From the human T2T-CHM13v2.0 reference genome, Homo sapiens: 64,000 nt of DNA. Shown piece by piece: positions 42,541 to 60,046 of this stretch (position 1 is the stretch's first letter; every line of letters begins with the position of its first letter). Position numbers and translations under genes: made by a program. The stretch lies in the NCBI RefSeq assembly GCF_009914755.1, contig NC_060932.1; one strand, written 5' to 3'. The notes beneath the pieces were generated by a model. It was not told the DNA's origin. It did no database searches and saw only the letters and a program-made list of their open reading frames with translations.

Positions 42541-43823
42541 GGAAGATGACAAACGAATATTAAGTAAGAATCTAATACATACCAGGAAATACACTAGTGT
42601 TTTGCATATTCCATTTTACTTAATCTTCAGAAAAATCCTCCAGAAGAGGAAACAGAGGCTAAGAGACATTCAGTAACCCTTGCACAATCATGCTGAAACT
42701 AGTAGAGAAAGCTAGATTTACATACAATCCTATCCTGGATTCAAAGCGCTATCCTATTTCCATTATGCTAACTTTCAAGTCAGATTATATTAAATTAACA
42801 AATGCCTTAAGCTAAAAAAAGAAAGTCATGCTTTTAGATAATAGTTTCCTAGGGACTCCTATTAGAAAACTGTGGCTGGATTCCTTTTACAAATTCTGGC
42901 TTCCATGCAAAACGTAATTATTCTACCTAGGACTGTTTTGGTATAATGTTAGCTTATCAGCCTCTGTCCTGCAAATTAGCCAGACTGCACTGGTACCATT
43001 CTTGGCAATGGTAAGTACCAATGAATGGAAACTAAACTAATAGAGGTCACAAAATTGGTACCAAAAGAAGGGCAACAACGAAAATCTCTTTATGCTTCCC
43101 CTGTACTTTCTTTAACAGAAATTTCTCCATACCGAGTTGTGTTTATTCATTTCCAACTTCTGTATGTTGATGAATACACAAAATTCCTTGATGTGGGAGA
43201 TGATATCATAAGTACTCTTTCTGAGGGTATCATCTAATCTCTTGGATTATTTTTTCAGCTCCTGTCTCTCCCACAAGACATCAGTGCTTTTTGCTGCTCA
43301 GTAAAATGCCTATCACATAACAGATGGTCAATGAATGTTCATTCTACCAAGCTGTTTTTTCCAGGCTGAGGTCACTGCAGGTAGATTCATAACTCATGTG
43401 CCTCTTTAAAAAAGAGCCCAAGAACACACCAAGGCTGGAATACAGAACTGATGCTCAATTTTGTGGCTCAACCGATTCAAAACCAATCAACCAGTGATAT
43501 TGGTGGGAAGGGGTACCAGCAACTTTCCAGTTTTCCTAAATAGGGGAAAAAGATGTTTTATGAATGTACGATGGGAAGATATTTAAAGATTCTGGAATTT
43601 CTCTATGCTATTTCTATCCAGGGCACCTAGCCCCTCTTCACAGAGAATTCTAAGAGGAAAAGGCTATTCCATGGGGCCACAGGACCAGGATTTATATATA
43701 CAGAATATTCACAGCCATAGGTCCCCAAACCAACTTAATTAGAAACAAAGAGAAACTCCTTGTTTTGGCACTGTAGTGACTGCAGCTTGCAAGGCATGTG
43801 GTCTCCTCTAGCTGATTGGATGG

Positions 43824-46321
<2,498 letters not shown>

Positions 46322-46689
46322 CAGATGGCATATCTTTTATTGGACATGTTTCGGGGTATACATTTTTTCAACAGGGAAATTAAAAAGAACAACAATAGCA
46401 ATAAACACCATCATTTATTCCATACTGCACATGTGCCAGGAAATGTGGCTTAACTCTTCCAATACCCCTATGTGTTATGTGCCTTAATCACTCCATGTGT
46501 GTGCCAAACTCACACACGGAGTAATTTGCAGTGCCAGTGCACAATCAGGTATCTTTATTATAAAGTCTGCAATTGTAATCATAAGATCAGAGACCAGGGG
46601 ACTGCCCCCCCAACCCACAACTTGTATTTAAAAAAAAAAATACATACTGAAATATCAGCAGTGAAATTTGTTTTTAGGAGCTTGGAGTT

Positions 46690-47160
46690 GTGTCAGTTCC
46701 TGCCCATTTTCTCCCTGATTTTTCCTCTTCATCAGTAATTGAAACCTTCATATTTAGGGAGGCCAGTGGCTCCCCAGAAAAAAGTCTGCATTCCCCAGCC
46801 TCCCTTGCAGCTATCTATGGCTACAACTACATTTTGGCAATGTGATATAAGCAAAAGTGGCATATAAAATTTCTGGGAAGTATTCCTAACAGGAGGTGAC
46901 ACATCATTCTTCATTACATTTTCCTTCCTATTGGCTAGAGTTTACATGTAATCACTACGGTTCCAGAGGCCATTTTGGAATAGAAGCTGTACTCAGCATT
47001 ACAATCAGAAAAAAAAGCTTGTCTAGGCCACTTGCACCATGGATCACTGGCTCCTGCCTACAGACCTCTTGAATGTGTGGTAGACACGCATTTCTACTTG
47101 TTTAAGCTATTGCCTTTATTTCCTGTTTCCCACAGTTCAGTTTAATTCCAACCAATACAA
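46690..47160 (+). mobile_element. ERVL LTR (LTR16/LTR33-like)
   Basis: cattccccagcctcccttgcagcta...ttttggcaatgtgatataagcaaaagtg...ttctgggaag; tacttgtttaagc. Confidence 0.6.
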
Positions 47161-47794
47161 GAACCTCATGACATCTCTTATATTGTTGTTAAGTTCAAAA
47201 ATGGAATTGTCCTCTATGGGAACAGAAGTGACTTTAACAAGCATGTAGGTTCCTGTTGATAAGCACAACCAACAATATTAATGTCACATTGTTCCCCTTA
47301 ATTCCAAATAACAATGTTTTCTCTTATCCAAGTCCAAACAATTAATCTGTGCCCATTGGAAAGGAATTGTTCAGCATCATGTATCCCCTTTCTTAATACC
47401 CTTGAAGTCCTCCTTTATAGTAAATCTTAACCTAAGGCCAGCAAAGTATCATGTTTTTTTTCTCTTTTAGGGCTTGTACAATGTGTACACACTTCCAGAG
47501 CAAGACATTCTACGTCAACCCCAAGCTGTAACTAAGGACTTAGTAAACAAAACAGTCAGGGTTGGTTAACACTGCCTAGTGCCAAAAAATTGAAAAATCA
47601 CCATCTTTATCAAACAGCAAAATCCTGAGTGAATGGAAAATGTTAATGCTTTGAATGTTTTGAATTGGTTTTTCATTTTTGAGAAGAACATATATTTATT
47701 TACCTTTTAAAGCTGGAAAAGAACAACTTGAATAAAATTTAAAGCCCTAAGCTCTTCCCCTTCTGGAATTAAGACTGGACGTTTGAAGCTTTAG

Positions 47795-48180
47795 TATTAT
47801 GGGCTGAATTGTGTCTCCCTAAAATTCGTATGTTGAAGCCCTAACCCCTAGTATTGCAGAATATGATGGGATTTGGAGTTAGGGACTTTAAAGAGGTAAT
47901 TAAGGTAAAATGAGGTCATACAGGTGGGCCCTAAGCCAAAATGCCTGGCATCCTTCTTAGAAGAGGAAATTAGGACGCTGACAACATACAGAGGAAATGT
48001 AGGTGAAAATAGAAGGGGAAAATGGCCATCAAAAAGCCAAAGAGGCCTCAGAAGAACTCGGCCCTGCCGCCATCTTGATCTCAGGCATCTAGCTTCCAGT
48101 GCTGTGAGAAAACAAACTGCTCTTATATAAGCCATCCAGTCTGTAATACTTTGTTATGGCCATTTGAGCAAATGTATACA
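47795..48180 (+). mobile_element. MLT1B solo LTR
   Basis: tatgggctgaattgtgtctccctaaaattcgtatgttgaagccctaacccc...gaggtaattaaggtaaaatgaggtcat...tactttgttatggc. Confidence 0.88.
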
Positions 48181-49540
48181 CTTTGTATATTCTGTCTCAG
48201 ATTTACACAAATGTTGAGTCTCCAGGTTGGCTCTCTGAAAGCTTAGTATAGTGCCTTGGACACTATGTAAGCACACCATTTGTGTTTGTAATAAAATGAG
48301 TGGATTAATTTTAAAATGAAACCATCACTTATCTAGACTTCCTATGCTTTAACTCTCTATGAAGTGACGAATGGAAATTAAAACACCAACCTATTTTTCC
48401 TTCAGCCTCCTCTCTCCTTTTCCTCCCAATCTCAAGGCCAGCATTTACATTCAAGTTTTTTTCCAGTCAATGATGGAAAGCAATGCTCTTATTGCATTGC
48501 TTTTATATATGTTCTGCATTCTTCTAGAATTAGATACACCTCTACCAAAAAGTCAGAACATGATCTTAGTCTCTTGTTTATAGCCTTACAAGAGGCTAGA
48601 ATAGTAGAGGAAATATGCAAGGCCTGAGGAAACTAATCTATCCTGAAAATAGAGAAACAAGACCAAAAAATTAGCTGTTCAGGATCGTATTTGCCTGTTC
48701 TCTCTTCTCTTTAGGCACTATGAGTTGAAAAGTTACTTGAACTCTTCCTTCTGGTCCATCCAAATTGGCAGAGTTTCAATCACAAAATTTCCCTCGAGGC
48801 ATTCTTCCCTTCTTACTTCACATTTCAGATATTTATGAATGGGACTATGGAGAAACGTGAGGGCAGGACCAATTTTGCTTAAACCTTTGCATGGTATACC
48901 TAACCCACAAAATGCTCAATAAAGTTGTCTTCTTTTAATGAATGAATAAATATCTCCAAATGGTGCCAACATTCATTCAGTCAGTTATTTATTAAGTGAA
49001 TCATCAATGCAGGCGCTGTGCCAAGTATGGAGATAGAGAATTATTGACAAAGAGCTGCAGACTAAATAAAGGGACCATAAGTAGATGGTGATGATACAGT
49101 GTGATGTTAGATAAACGTGTATGAAATATAAATGGGAATATGCAAAATGAAAAACTATCCTATATTAGGGCAAGGGCTTCCCTGCATACCTTTGTTCTCA
49201 TCTTTTTCCCCACCTATTTTAGATCTTCTTCAATTTCACCTACTCCTGCAGTATGTGATTTATTACAGACAGTATGTATCCATCTTCTAAATTTTTTGAA
49301 GTTCCAAATTGGGCTGAACTTTTTTAAAACCCAGTTTCAGTTTTATCCCCTTGGAGAAATTTTTCTGATGACAGTACTGTTGTCATTTCTCAGTGTTATG
49401 CCTTCCTTAGTTTTTACCATTCATTTAGCAATGACTCCAAGACCACCTTAAGAGATATTTCAATTATTACCCTGAACTTCTATTTGCATCATGCTTTGCT
49501 AGTATCTTTTTATCTTTTTACCTGCCTAGAGACTAGAGAA

Positions 49541-49864
<324 letters not shown>

Positions 49865-50149
49865 TGAGTTGGCAGGTTTCTTGAAGGCAGGACCACGTAT
49901 TCTTATAGCATGTAGGAAACTGAAAGAATTTAATGTTAATTTCATCCAACTCCATCTTTTATAGGTAAGAAAACCCAGATTCAAGTATACTGTACTTTGC
50001 CTATAAGAACATACATAGTTAGGGAAAGAATACCACTAAAATGCAAAGCTAAAATGATTTGAAAAGAGGTATCAGACACTAACAGTCCCAGCCCATTTTT
50101 TCGAATGACATCTTTTTTAATTTTTGTTTCCTCCCTTTAATATTCTCTA

Positions 50150-50488
<339 letters not shown>

Positions 50489-51920
50489 CTATAAAATAAA
50501 GAAGTATTTTATCCCTAAGGAAAGTATAGGGTTAAAGTTGTCTCAACTCTACAAACTTCAGAATTAGGTGGTTTGGCTTCAAATCACAAATCTTCTACTT
50601 ACTTTTTTTTTCCTTTAGGCATCTCCAAATCTCAGTTTCCTCTTGCCTGTAAAATAAAAATTAGAATACCGATTTCTTTTGATCTCTTGTGAAGTGTTAG
50701 TACAATGCCTGACACAAAGTCAATGCTCCATATATGAAATTATGACTATTATGAAATAAAATGCACAGACTTTAATGCAATCTTGATTTGACTAACATGA
50801 AAGGTAGAGTCAAAAACTGTAAGAAAGCTCACAACGTATACAAGCCATCATTAAATTCTTCATGTGCAGTTGCAGTTATACAATTCAAACCTCAGCATAT
50901 ATATTACCACTTTTCTTATTTTTTTGTTTAGATTGTGCCATTCCTATTGAATATTACTGCTTTTCTAAAAAAAAAAAAAAAAAGTACAAAATCCTTGCCT
51001 TCTGATTAGAAATTAAGACCACCAGAGACATCTCTTCACTTATTTGAACTAGTTCTCTCAGAAGATACTTCAGGGCATTTATTGCTGTTTGCAAATCTGA
51101 GGACGAGTGGCAAGGTAAAAGTAGCTATTCATTATTTCTAATCCCCTTTCCACTCTAACACAAAAACAGGAATCAATTAATTTCCTTCAGATACCTTCTC
51201 AGTTGAGTCCATTGGCAGCGCTGACAGTTTCTAAGGACTTTCTTAGTAAATGATGTCATTAGGGCCTTGTGAGTTTCCTTCCTCTCTGCATGAGTCTCTC
51301 TTAAGAGCAGAACATTCAATTTACTGCTCTTTTTCTTTCCTGGTGGATAGTTTAAAATTTATGGTAAAAATACGGAAAATTACCCCCACTGTAGTTTTCC
51401 TTCAGCTCTGCCAAGACAAAACAAAGAAGAGGTTGCCACAGAACTTACGGAATACCCAAACCATTCCTGCAAAATTGGAAAGGAATTTAGTGAGTCTCTG
51501 AGTTACAGCCGATTGTGCTAATGCTCTGGCTGGAGATCTTTCTGCCTTGTACTGATGACCTTGCGGGAAGCTGCTAACTGCCTTTTCTCTTCTCCTTGAA
51601 TCTCCAAACAACAGGATTCAGAAGTGTTCATAGAATGCAATCGGGATCAAAGAGTCTATAGGTTTCTACCTGGGAGTAACTAGTGCTTTTGTTAGGGTAG
51701 AATAAGAAGTGGGTGCAGAGGAAGTGAGAAAGGACATCCTCCCTTCTGTTTCTGTCTCTCCATCTCAGTCAGTTAGAGCAGGCCCTCCTTACCTGGTGGA
51801 GACAAGTGGTAGCAGGATGTCTCTAGCAAAGTGGTGAACTACAACAGAGGGATTTTGTCTTCAGGGGCAACCATGTAAGCAAAAGTATCATATATTTGCC
51901 TGCTTAAAACTGCACATGTG

Positions 51921-52440
<520 letters not shown>

Positions 52441-52664
52441 CCAGGAGAGTGTGTTGGGCACCAGGCACCTCCTGCTTCAGAACTCACCAGCCCCATGTTT
52501 TCATCTTCACCCTGGAGCTGTCTCACTGGAAACCTGAAATCTGACATAGGAGGTAATAACTGGAAAACTTTTCTCTCCCAGAAAAGTTTTTTTTAATTTT
52601 AATTTTAATTTTTTTATTTTGGTGAGGGAGAAGAAGAAAGTGGTAGTTTAGAAAAATACTTTCA

Positions 52665-52960
<296 letters not shown>

Positions 52961-53639
52961 GTGCTTTCACATAAAGGAAAGATAGACACTGAGGCAATCA
53001 TGAGCATTTCAGGAGGTGAGGAAAGGGGACAATTTGGGCCTGAGCGCAGTCGTTAGCGGGTATCTGCTTTCAAATCACTGTGGGCTCAGCTCCATTTAGA
53101 AGAATAGGTGAACACAGAAAGCCCACGCCAGGGTCTGTCAGTGGAGTCCAGGACTTGTGACCCTCCCAGGCAGCCTGGGTCCCAGGAACTCCAAGGGAGC
53201 CATCGTGCCTGGCTCTTTGGAATTTCTCCAGATCTGACCAGGAATCTCAAACTTCCCTTTCTTGATTCTCAATAAAAGTTCCTCAACAGACTTAAGCCCA
53301 CTCTAAAGTTTGTCCCATCTGACTTTCTACCTGCTAGAATTGTGACTCTATCCTCATGTGTTTGGCATCATCAGTTATTGACTGTCTTTGCAGTTTTTTA
53401 AATTTTTTGCACTTTTCCAAAGCAGACTATCATTGATCACTGGAAAGCCTGGAAAGTTAAAAAGGTTCCTCAGATCTCTGTTGGACTCCCTTCTTAGTAC
53501 TTGCGATGTTATAGAAAAACTAATGACAATTGCTCTTTCTCAACTGAAGAAACCTAATGCACGCATTGCTGATTCAAGCTGTATAAATGCGACTCATTAT
53601 TTTTGTTCATCAGGGCATTAGAGAGTAAAGGATGGTAAT

Positions 53640-53865
53640 ATGGTGTTCAGAACACCTACCAAGTCCCAGACATGGAGCTGGGTCCTCAGCACACTTTATA
53701 CAGTTTAAACCTCCTAACAGCCCGCCTAGGAGGTGTTGATTATGACCATTTAATAGACACAGAAAGAGAAACTTAAATGACATGGTGAAGTCATACACCT
53801 AGAAAGCAGAGAGCTGGAATTTGCCCTTCTAATTCCGATGTCCTCACTGTATTACACCACACTGT
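53640..53865 (-). mobile_element. MIR
   Basis: tttaaacctcctaacagcccgcctaggagg...ccatttaatagac...gaagtcatacacctagaaagcagagagctggaattt. Confidence 0.7.
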
Positions 53866-54585
53866 CTCCCTCCATTGAGCACATTAAAAATGATTTAATT
53901 ATAAGTGATTAATCGTTAAGTACCCACACCCTGAATTGATTGAGTGGGCACTTGGTAAAAGCGTGTCCTTTTAGAAACCAAAAGCCCACACTATATGAAT
54001 ACTTATGGGACAATATTTCCCAGAATTGTGAATATGATTTAATCAAGGCCATATTGTACCCAAACAACCAACAGCTATTCATAAAGTGTTTAACGCTCTA
54101 GAGAAGGGTATGCTGCAATATAAAACCTATCTGGGCAGCATGCTGAACACTGCATTTCAGAACTGCATTCTCTATTCAGCCAGAGACAGGATGGCTTTTT
54201 AATTCCAGTGCATTAGTTCAAATCTGTTCTAGCTTTGAATTGATGGAAAATTATTCCCTCCTGACAGCCATTCAGCCATCCATGCTTATTCTCAGTAAAT
54301 TGGTGTTCCCAAGAGGCAGAGGTGCCTGTGCACAAACTCTGAATGCCGCTGGCCTCTGCCTAATCACATGGCAGAGTTGGGAGAAACCTGAGGAAAAGAT
54401 CAACTTCCTTTAAAAACATTCCCCAAAGGGACCCCACGCTTAAGGCAAAACAGATGTTCCTGAGAAACATCAGGCTAAAGGGAGCCTTGTGTCCTGCCAC
54501 AGCCATCCCAAAATTCAGATCATCCCCTTGGTCATGTCCTCTGTTTTTCCAATCTTCTTCATTTTTATATCTTAAAAGCAGTATC

Positions 54586-54662
54586 CAGGCACGTGCACAT
54601 GATGCATACATATGTGTGCAGGCGCACACACACACACGCACACATACACACACACACACACA
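54586..54662. repeat. (CA)n / alternating purine-pyrimidine tract
   Basis: gcacgtgcacatgatgcatacatatgtgtgcaggcgcacacacacacacgcacacatacacacacacacaca. Confidence 0.9.
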
Positions 54663-55639
54663 GTGGTCAGAAATCCAGTGGTAGACTTACTCAGTGCATA
54701 CTAAAATCTCAGAATAATGGAAAATCTTCCAGCTTTGCAACAAGCAATTTGTGTGATCCTATCCAATAACAGCACACACACCTGCCATTATTGAAAACTT
54801 AACTCTAGCAGGCCCTGGGCAAGGTGCTTCCTGTAGATGTGTATCTGAGGAAATGGAGGCTTACAGAGGTTGTTATTTCCAAGATTATGCACCTAGCCAG
54901 CTATGGTCCTAGGATACAAACCAGATCAGTTTGACTCTAAGATCTAAGCTCTAAAGCCCCAAACTGCACTACCTTCCAAGTCACGGCACCTCTATGAGAT
55001 CAATCAGTAAAATAGGTGTGTTGGACCAGTTTGAGACTTTAGAGGGTCAAAAAAGAGCCCATAGGTATTATGGAATTTTTTGTTCATTCCTTTGAGTTAT
55101 TGTAATTGTTTGCCAAGAAATTTTTTGTTTCAAGTTTCAACTTGAATATCATTAGCCGAGACATCTGCCCCTCAATTAATCCAGGGCTCGCCTGTCTTCC
55201 CACGTTAGACTCTGCTCTTTGCCTGCTGCCTGTTTGTTTTCTGAAAGCATTTGAGTTTTCAACCCCTGAACACTCTATAAATATTTCTTTATCTTGACCA
55301 TTTATAATCTCTACATCACTGAAAGATCAATAGTCATAAAAGCAGGTTGGGTATAAAGCAGAAACTAGCGAAGTCAAAGTGAGAGACATTGAAATTAACT
55401 ACATGATAAGATACCGAGATTGGGCTTACATGAGAAATGGCAAAGATTATTCATCTGAAATGCCCATTCTGATCCATGTTTAGTAGATAAATGGAATAAG
55501 GTGTTGAGAAGGATTCTGAGGCTGTACCTCGACACAGCGGAATGCCGACTGAGTCATGAAGTCGTTGTAGCAACGGAACATTTTTCTTCCTTTCCTTTCC
55601 CTTTCTTCTTCTTCTCCTTTTTTATGTTTTGGTTGTGTT

Positions 55640-55762
55640 ATGTTTAGAGACAGCATCTCATTATGTTGCCCAGGCTGGATTCGAACTCCTGGGCTCAAGC
55701 CATCTGCCTGCCTCAGACTTGCAAGTAACTGAGACTACAGGTGCATGCCACTGCATTGGCTC
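55640..55762 (-). mobile_element. FLAM-A/FAM-like Alu monomer
   Basis: atgttgcccaggctgg...ctcctgggctcaagc...gagactacaggtgcatgccac. Confidence 0.8.
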
Positions 55763-56012
55763 CAGATCACTTTTCTTAAACAAAAGCTTTTAAAGATCCC
55801 ATTAATGAAACAGATGAAAGTGGAGTTACGGAGTCCCCTGATGTACTACCCTGCTTTAATCCACTATAATTATTGATATGCTACCTTCATTGAGATCCTA
55901 TGGCTCCCTAGAGAAAAATGTTTAAATTATTGACAAAGACATTCTCAGAGGTTCTGTTATACTCTGACATACTCTGATTTCTTGAGATGTCAAGAACCTT
56001 TGTAGATAATCA

Positions 56013-56323
56013 GGTCTGGGTGCAGTGGCTCATGCCTGTAATCCCAGCAGTTTGGGAGGCCAAGGTGGGTGGATCATCTGAGGTCAGGTGTTCAAGACCA
56101 GCATGGCCAAAAAATGGTGAAACCCCATCTCTACTAAAAATACAAAAATTAGCTGGGTGTGGTGGTGCATGTCTGTAATCCCAGCTACTCAGGAGGCTGA
56201 GGCAGGAGAATCCCTTGAACTGGGGAGGCGGAGGGAGGTTGCAGTGAACTGAGATCACACCACTGCACTCCAGCAGGGGCAACAGAGCCAGACTCTGTCT
56301 CAAAAAAAATAAAATAAAATAAA
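56013..56323 (+). mobile_element. AluSx-like
   Basis: Full dimer; TSD GTAGATAATCA. Confidence 0.95.
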
Positions 56324-56355
56324 GTAGATAATCAGGAGCATCACAAAGGAAAATG

Positions 56356-56645
<290 letters not shown>

Positions 56646-57081
56646 AGGAAAATGGAGGCTTTTGCTTAAATTATTAAATCAACTTTAACACAGGGTCAAA
56701 CTCACCTCAGGCAAAGATACATTTCCATTTCTGTCATTGCACGGATGTTTATCTGGCAAGTCAGACACACCTCTGCCGTGTTCTCTGTAGTCCGAGCTGC
56801 CATCATCTCTCAACTGGATTATTGCAAGTGCCTCCTGGCTGGCCTCTCTGCTTTGCCCTTACCCCCCATTATCTATCCACCAGATGAATGAGGACACAGA
56901 GAGTGGACCCTCTCCATGTTAAATCAACTCACTTCTCTGCTCAAACCCTACAGTGACTTCCCATTTTATTCAGAATAAATCTCCAAGTCCTCATCACAAC
57001 CTGCAAGTCCCTGCAGGTACCTGCTGGAACTGTCCTGTCTGATGACATTTTTATTCACTCTTTCCTCACTACGCTCTAGGG

Positions 57082-57760
57082 CAGTGCTTTGCAAAGTGCA
57101 ATTTCTCATGACCTTTCAGGGATCTGGGAGGTCAAAATTACTTTTATTCTAATATTAGATGTTGCTTTCATGCTCATTTTCTCAGAGCACAAATAGTTTA
57201 TCGATATAGTTTTCAATTCCACACTGCATCTACTCTTCAAAAGACTACCACTTATTGAGTTTTGAGGTAGTATTAAAGGGAAGAATAACTACAAAGATCT
57301 GAAAAGGCTGTTAAAATATTCTTCCATTTTTCCAGCCATGAATCTGTGTGAAGTCAGATTTTAAAAAATATACTAAAACCAAAAAAAATCCTAAAACAGA
57401 TTGGATACAGAAGCAGCTATGAGAATCTAACTATCCTCCAATAAGTCAGACATTGAAGAGGTTTGCAAAAATGCAAGACAATGTTAGTCTTCTCATTTTT
57501 ATTTTGGAAAATATAATTTATTTTAAATAAAAAGATTACTTATATTAACACATAGTATGTCTATTATAGTAATTTTAAGTGAATCAGTAACTGTTTTCTA
57601 ATTTTCTGAGTTTTAATTTCTAATATGCCTTCAGAATTAACTAGAGCAAGAAAATATTGATAAATATCAATAGAATCCGTATGACCAATGCTCTTCAAGG
57701 TCTTCAACAATTTTTAGGTGTGTAAAGGGGGCCTGATAGCAAAAAATTTGAGAACTACTG
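57082..57760 (+). mobile_element. Charlie1-family hAT DNA transposon, internally deleted
   Basis: TIRs cagtgctttgcaaagtg...tttgagaactactg; transposase C-terminal remnant (ctgtgtgaagtcagattt, aacagattggatacagaagcagctatgagaatc); CTCTA on both flanks. Confidence 0.8.
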
Positions 57761-57804
57761 CTCTAAACTCATTGGCCTTCTAATTGTTCTTCTCCATGCC
57801 AAAA

Positions 57805-58183
57805 GGAGATCAAGTAATTGTCTCACGTAATTATGGAGGGCTGAGAAGTCCAAGATCTCCAGTTGGCAACCTGGAGACTTGGGAGAGCTGACAGTATAAG
57901 TTTCAGTTCACATCTGAAGGCAGGATAAGACTGATGTCCCAGCTCAAACACAGGCAGACAGAAAGCATTCTTTCTTGCTCAGCCGTTTATTCTATTCAGG
58001 CCTTCAGTGGATTAGATGAGGCCCACCTACATTGGAAAGGGGAATCTGCTTTACTCCCTCTATCAACTCAAATGTTAATCTCAACCAGAAACACCCTCAT
58101 GGGTACACCCAGAAAAAAATGTTTAACCAAATATCTGGCACCTCATGGTCCGGTCAAGTTGACACACAAAACTAAGCATCACA
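57805..58183 (-). mobile_element. MLT2 (ERVL) LTR
   Basis: ttctattcaggccttcagtggattagatgaggcccacc...gtcaagttgacacacaaaactaagcatcaca. Confidence 0.85.
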
Positions 58184-59099
58184 TCCTCCATTCATTTAGG
58201 TCACTGCTCAAATATTTTATCAGAGAGAGGTTTCCCTATAGCATCCTGTATAAAATAACACCAAACACTTCATATCCCCTCTGTCTCCCTAACCATGATT
58301 CAGTTTTCTTTGCATGTATCACCATTTATAAATTATATATGTATCATTTTGTTTCTTCTTCCCCTACTATAATATTAGCTTCTTAGGCTGCTTGAACAGT
58401 TTAGTTCCTTGTTGTATTCCCAGTGCCTAGAACTGGCACATAGTAGGTCTTAATAAATATTTATTGATGAAATGAATAAATGCATCATACTACTTATGTA
58501 GACTTAAGACTACAATTAAGGTTTGAGGAAAGAACGTTAATAGGGAGAAAGGATCGAACTGCCCTGAGGTGAATTGTAATGTGTATGTATCAAACACAGT
58601 GCTTTAAACAAGGCAGACATTTCTTTCTTTCAACTAAAAGTCTAGAGCTAGACAGTACAGGGAAGGTATGGTGACGGGTTTACAAAGTTCTCAGGAACTC
58701 TATGGTGTGACCCTTTCTTCATGGTTCAGTATGTCAGGTAGAGCCAGACATCATATCCTTATTCTCAAAGAAAAGGACTGGGAAAAAAAGCGAAGTAAAG
58801 GGTGCATAATCGTTACCTTTAAAGAAAGATTTTCAGAAGCTGCCACTCAACAATCCTGCCACTCAACAATCCTGCCTACATTCATTTGCCAGATTTAGTC
58901 AAATTACCATACCTGGTTGCAAGTGAGTCTGAGAAATACGCTTTTAATCTGAGTGGACACACACATAACGAAAATGTTGGGGATGGTTCCATAGAGGAAA
59001 GGAGGCCATCAGCAGTCTCTGCTATAGGTAGGTATTGTATTGTCTGCACAATTCCGGTAATGGAATTCCTTTTCCATTAAGGAACTCTTCCCCACTCTG

Positions 59100-59560
59100 T
59101 ATCATTTCTTGTGGTCCTGGCAATATCTGCACAGTACTTCCTTTGCTAGACATGAAAAAGTGACCCAGACTATGTGAGTTATCATATCCTATCCTCTCGA
59201 CCCATTGATCAATCCAGAGATGACCACATGACCCAAGCAAGGCCGGGAATGGGCAGACATGGACACACAGATCTACCTGTAAGATTTCCATATGAAGGAT
59301 GAAAGATCAAACCTTTTTGTCTTGGGGATGCTAAGCTGGGAATTCATGAATCCAGGACCACTGACATTCATCTCACCTCAGCTACATGAAATATGTTCTA
59401 TCTGCAATAGGAGAGAATGAGGCTAACACACAAAGACAAGCAGATCCATAGAGTGGAGAAATAACAATGTTATCAATTCTTGGATCCAAGTGTGCCTGAA
59501 GCCTGATGTCTCAGGTATGAGATCCAGTAAATTCTTTATGTTTTATGTTTTGCTTAAGTT
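59100..59560 (+). mobile_element. Old MLT1 LTR (MLT1J/K-like)
   Basis: cacatgacccaagcaagg...gagaatgaggctaacaca...tggatccaagtgtgcctgaagcc...ttgcttaagtt. Confidence 0.6.
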
Positions 59561-59563
59561 GGC

Positions 59564-59788
59564 CTTTCTTTCTTTCTTTTCTTTCTTTCTTTCTATCTTT
59601 CTTTCTTTCTTTTCTTTCTTTCTTTCTTTCTTTTTCTTTCTTTCTTTCTTTCTTCTCTTTCTGTTTCTTTCCTTTTCCTCTCTTTCTTTCTTCTTTCCTC
59701 TCTTTATTTCTTTCCCTTCCTTCCCTCCTTCCTTCCTCTCTCTCTTTCTTCTTTCTTTTTCTTTTCTTCTCTCTCTCTCTCTTTCTTT
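59564..59788. repeat. (TTTC)n/(TC)n polypyrimidine tract (expanded Alu tail)
   Basis: ~225 bp almost pure C/T. Confidence 0.95.
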
Positions 59789-60046
59789 TGAGACAGGGCC
59801 TCACTCTGTCTCCTAGGCTGGAATGCAGTGGTGACCTCTCAGGCTGAAGTGATCTTTCCACCTCAGCCTCCTGAGCAGCTAGCTGGGCCCACAGGCATGC
59901 ACCACCACACCTGACTAATTTTTAAATGTTTGGTAGAGATGGGGTCTTCTTATGTTGCCCAGGCTGGTCTCGCAACCTGGGCTTAAACAATCCTCCCACC
60001 TCAGCCTCCCGAAGTGCTGGGATTATGTAAACCACCATTCCCGGCC
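59789..60046 (-). mobile_element. AluJ with internal deletions
   Basis: gagacagggcctcactctgtc...ttatgttgcccaggctggtctc...aatcctcccacctcagcc. Confidence 0.9.

Larger units (their letters stand above)
56760..58480 (+). mobile_element. L2, split by Charlie and MLT2
   Basis: catcatctctcaactggattattgcaagtgcctcctggctggcctctctg...; cccagtgcctagaactggcacatagtaggtcttaataaatattt...gaataaatg. Confidence 0.75.

Noticed and set aside
59490-59861. Phe/Ser/Leu-rich and Lys/Glu/Arg-rich ORFs
   Set aside because: Translation of the (TTTC)n microsatellite.
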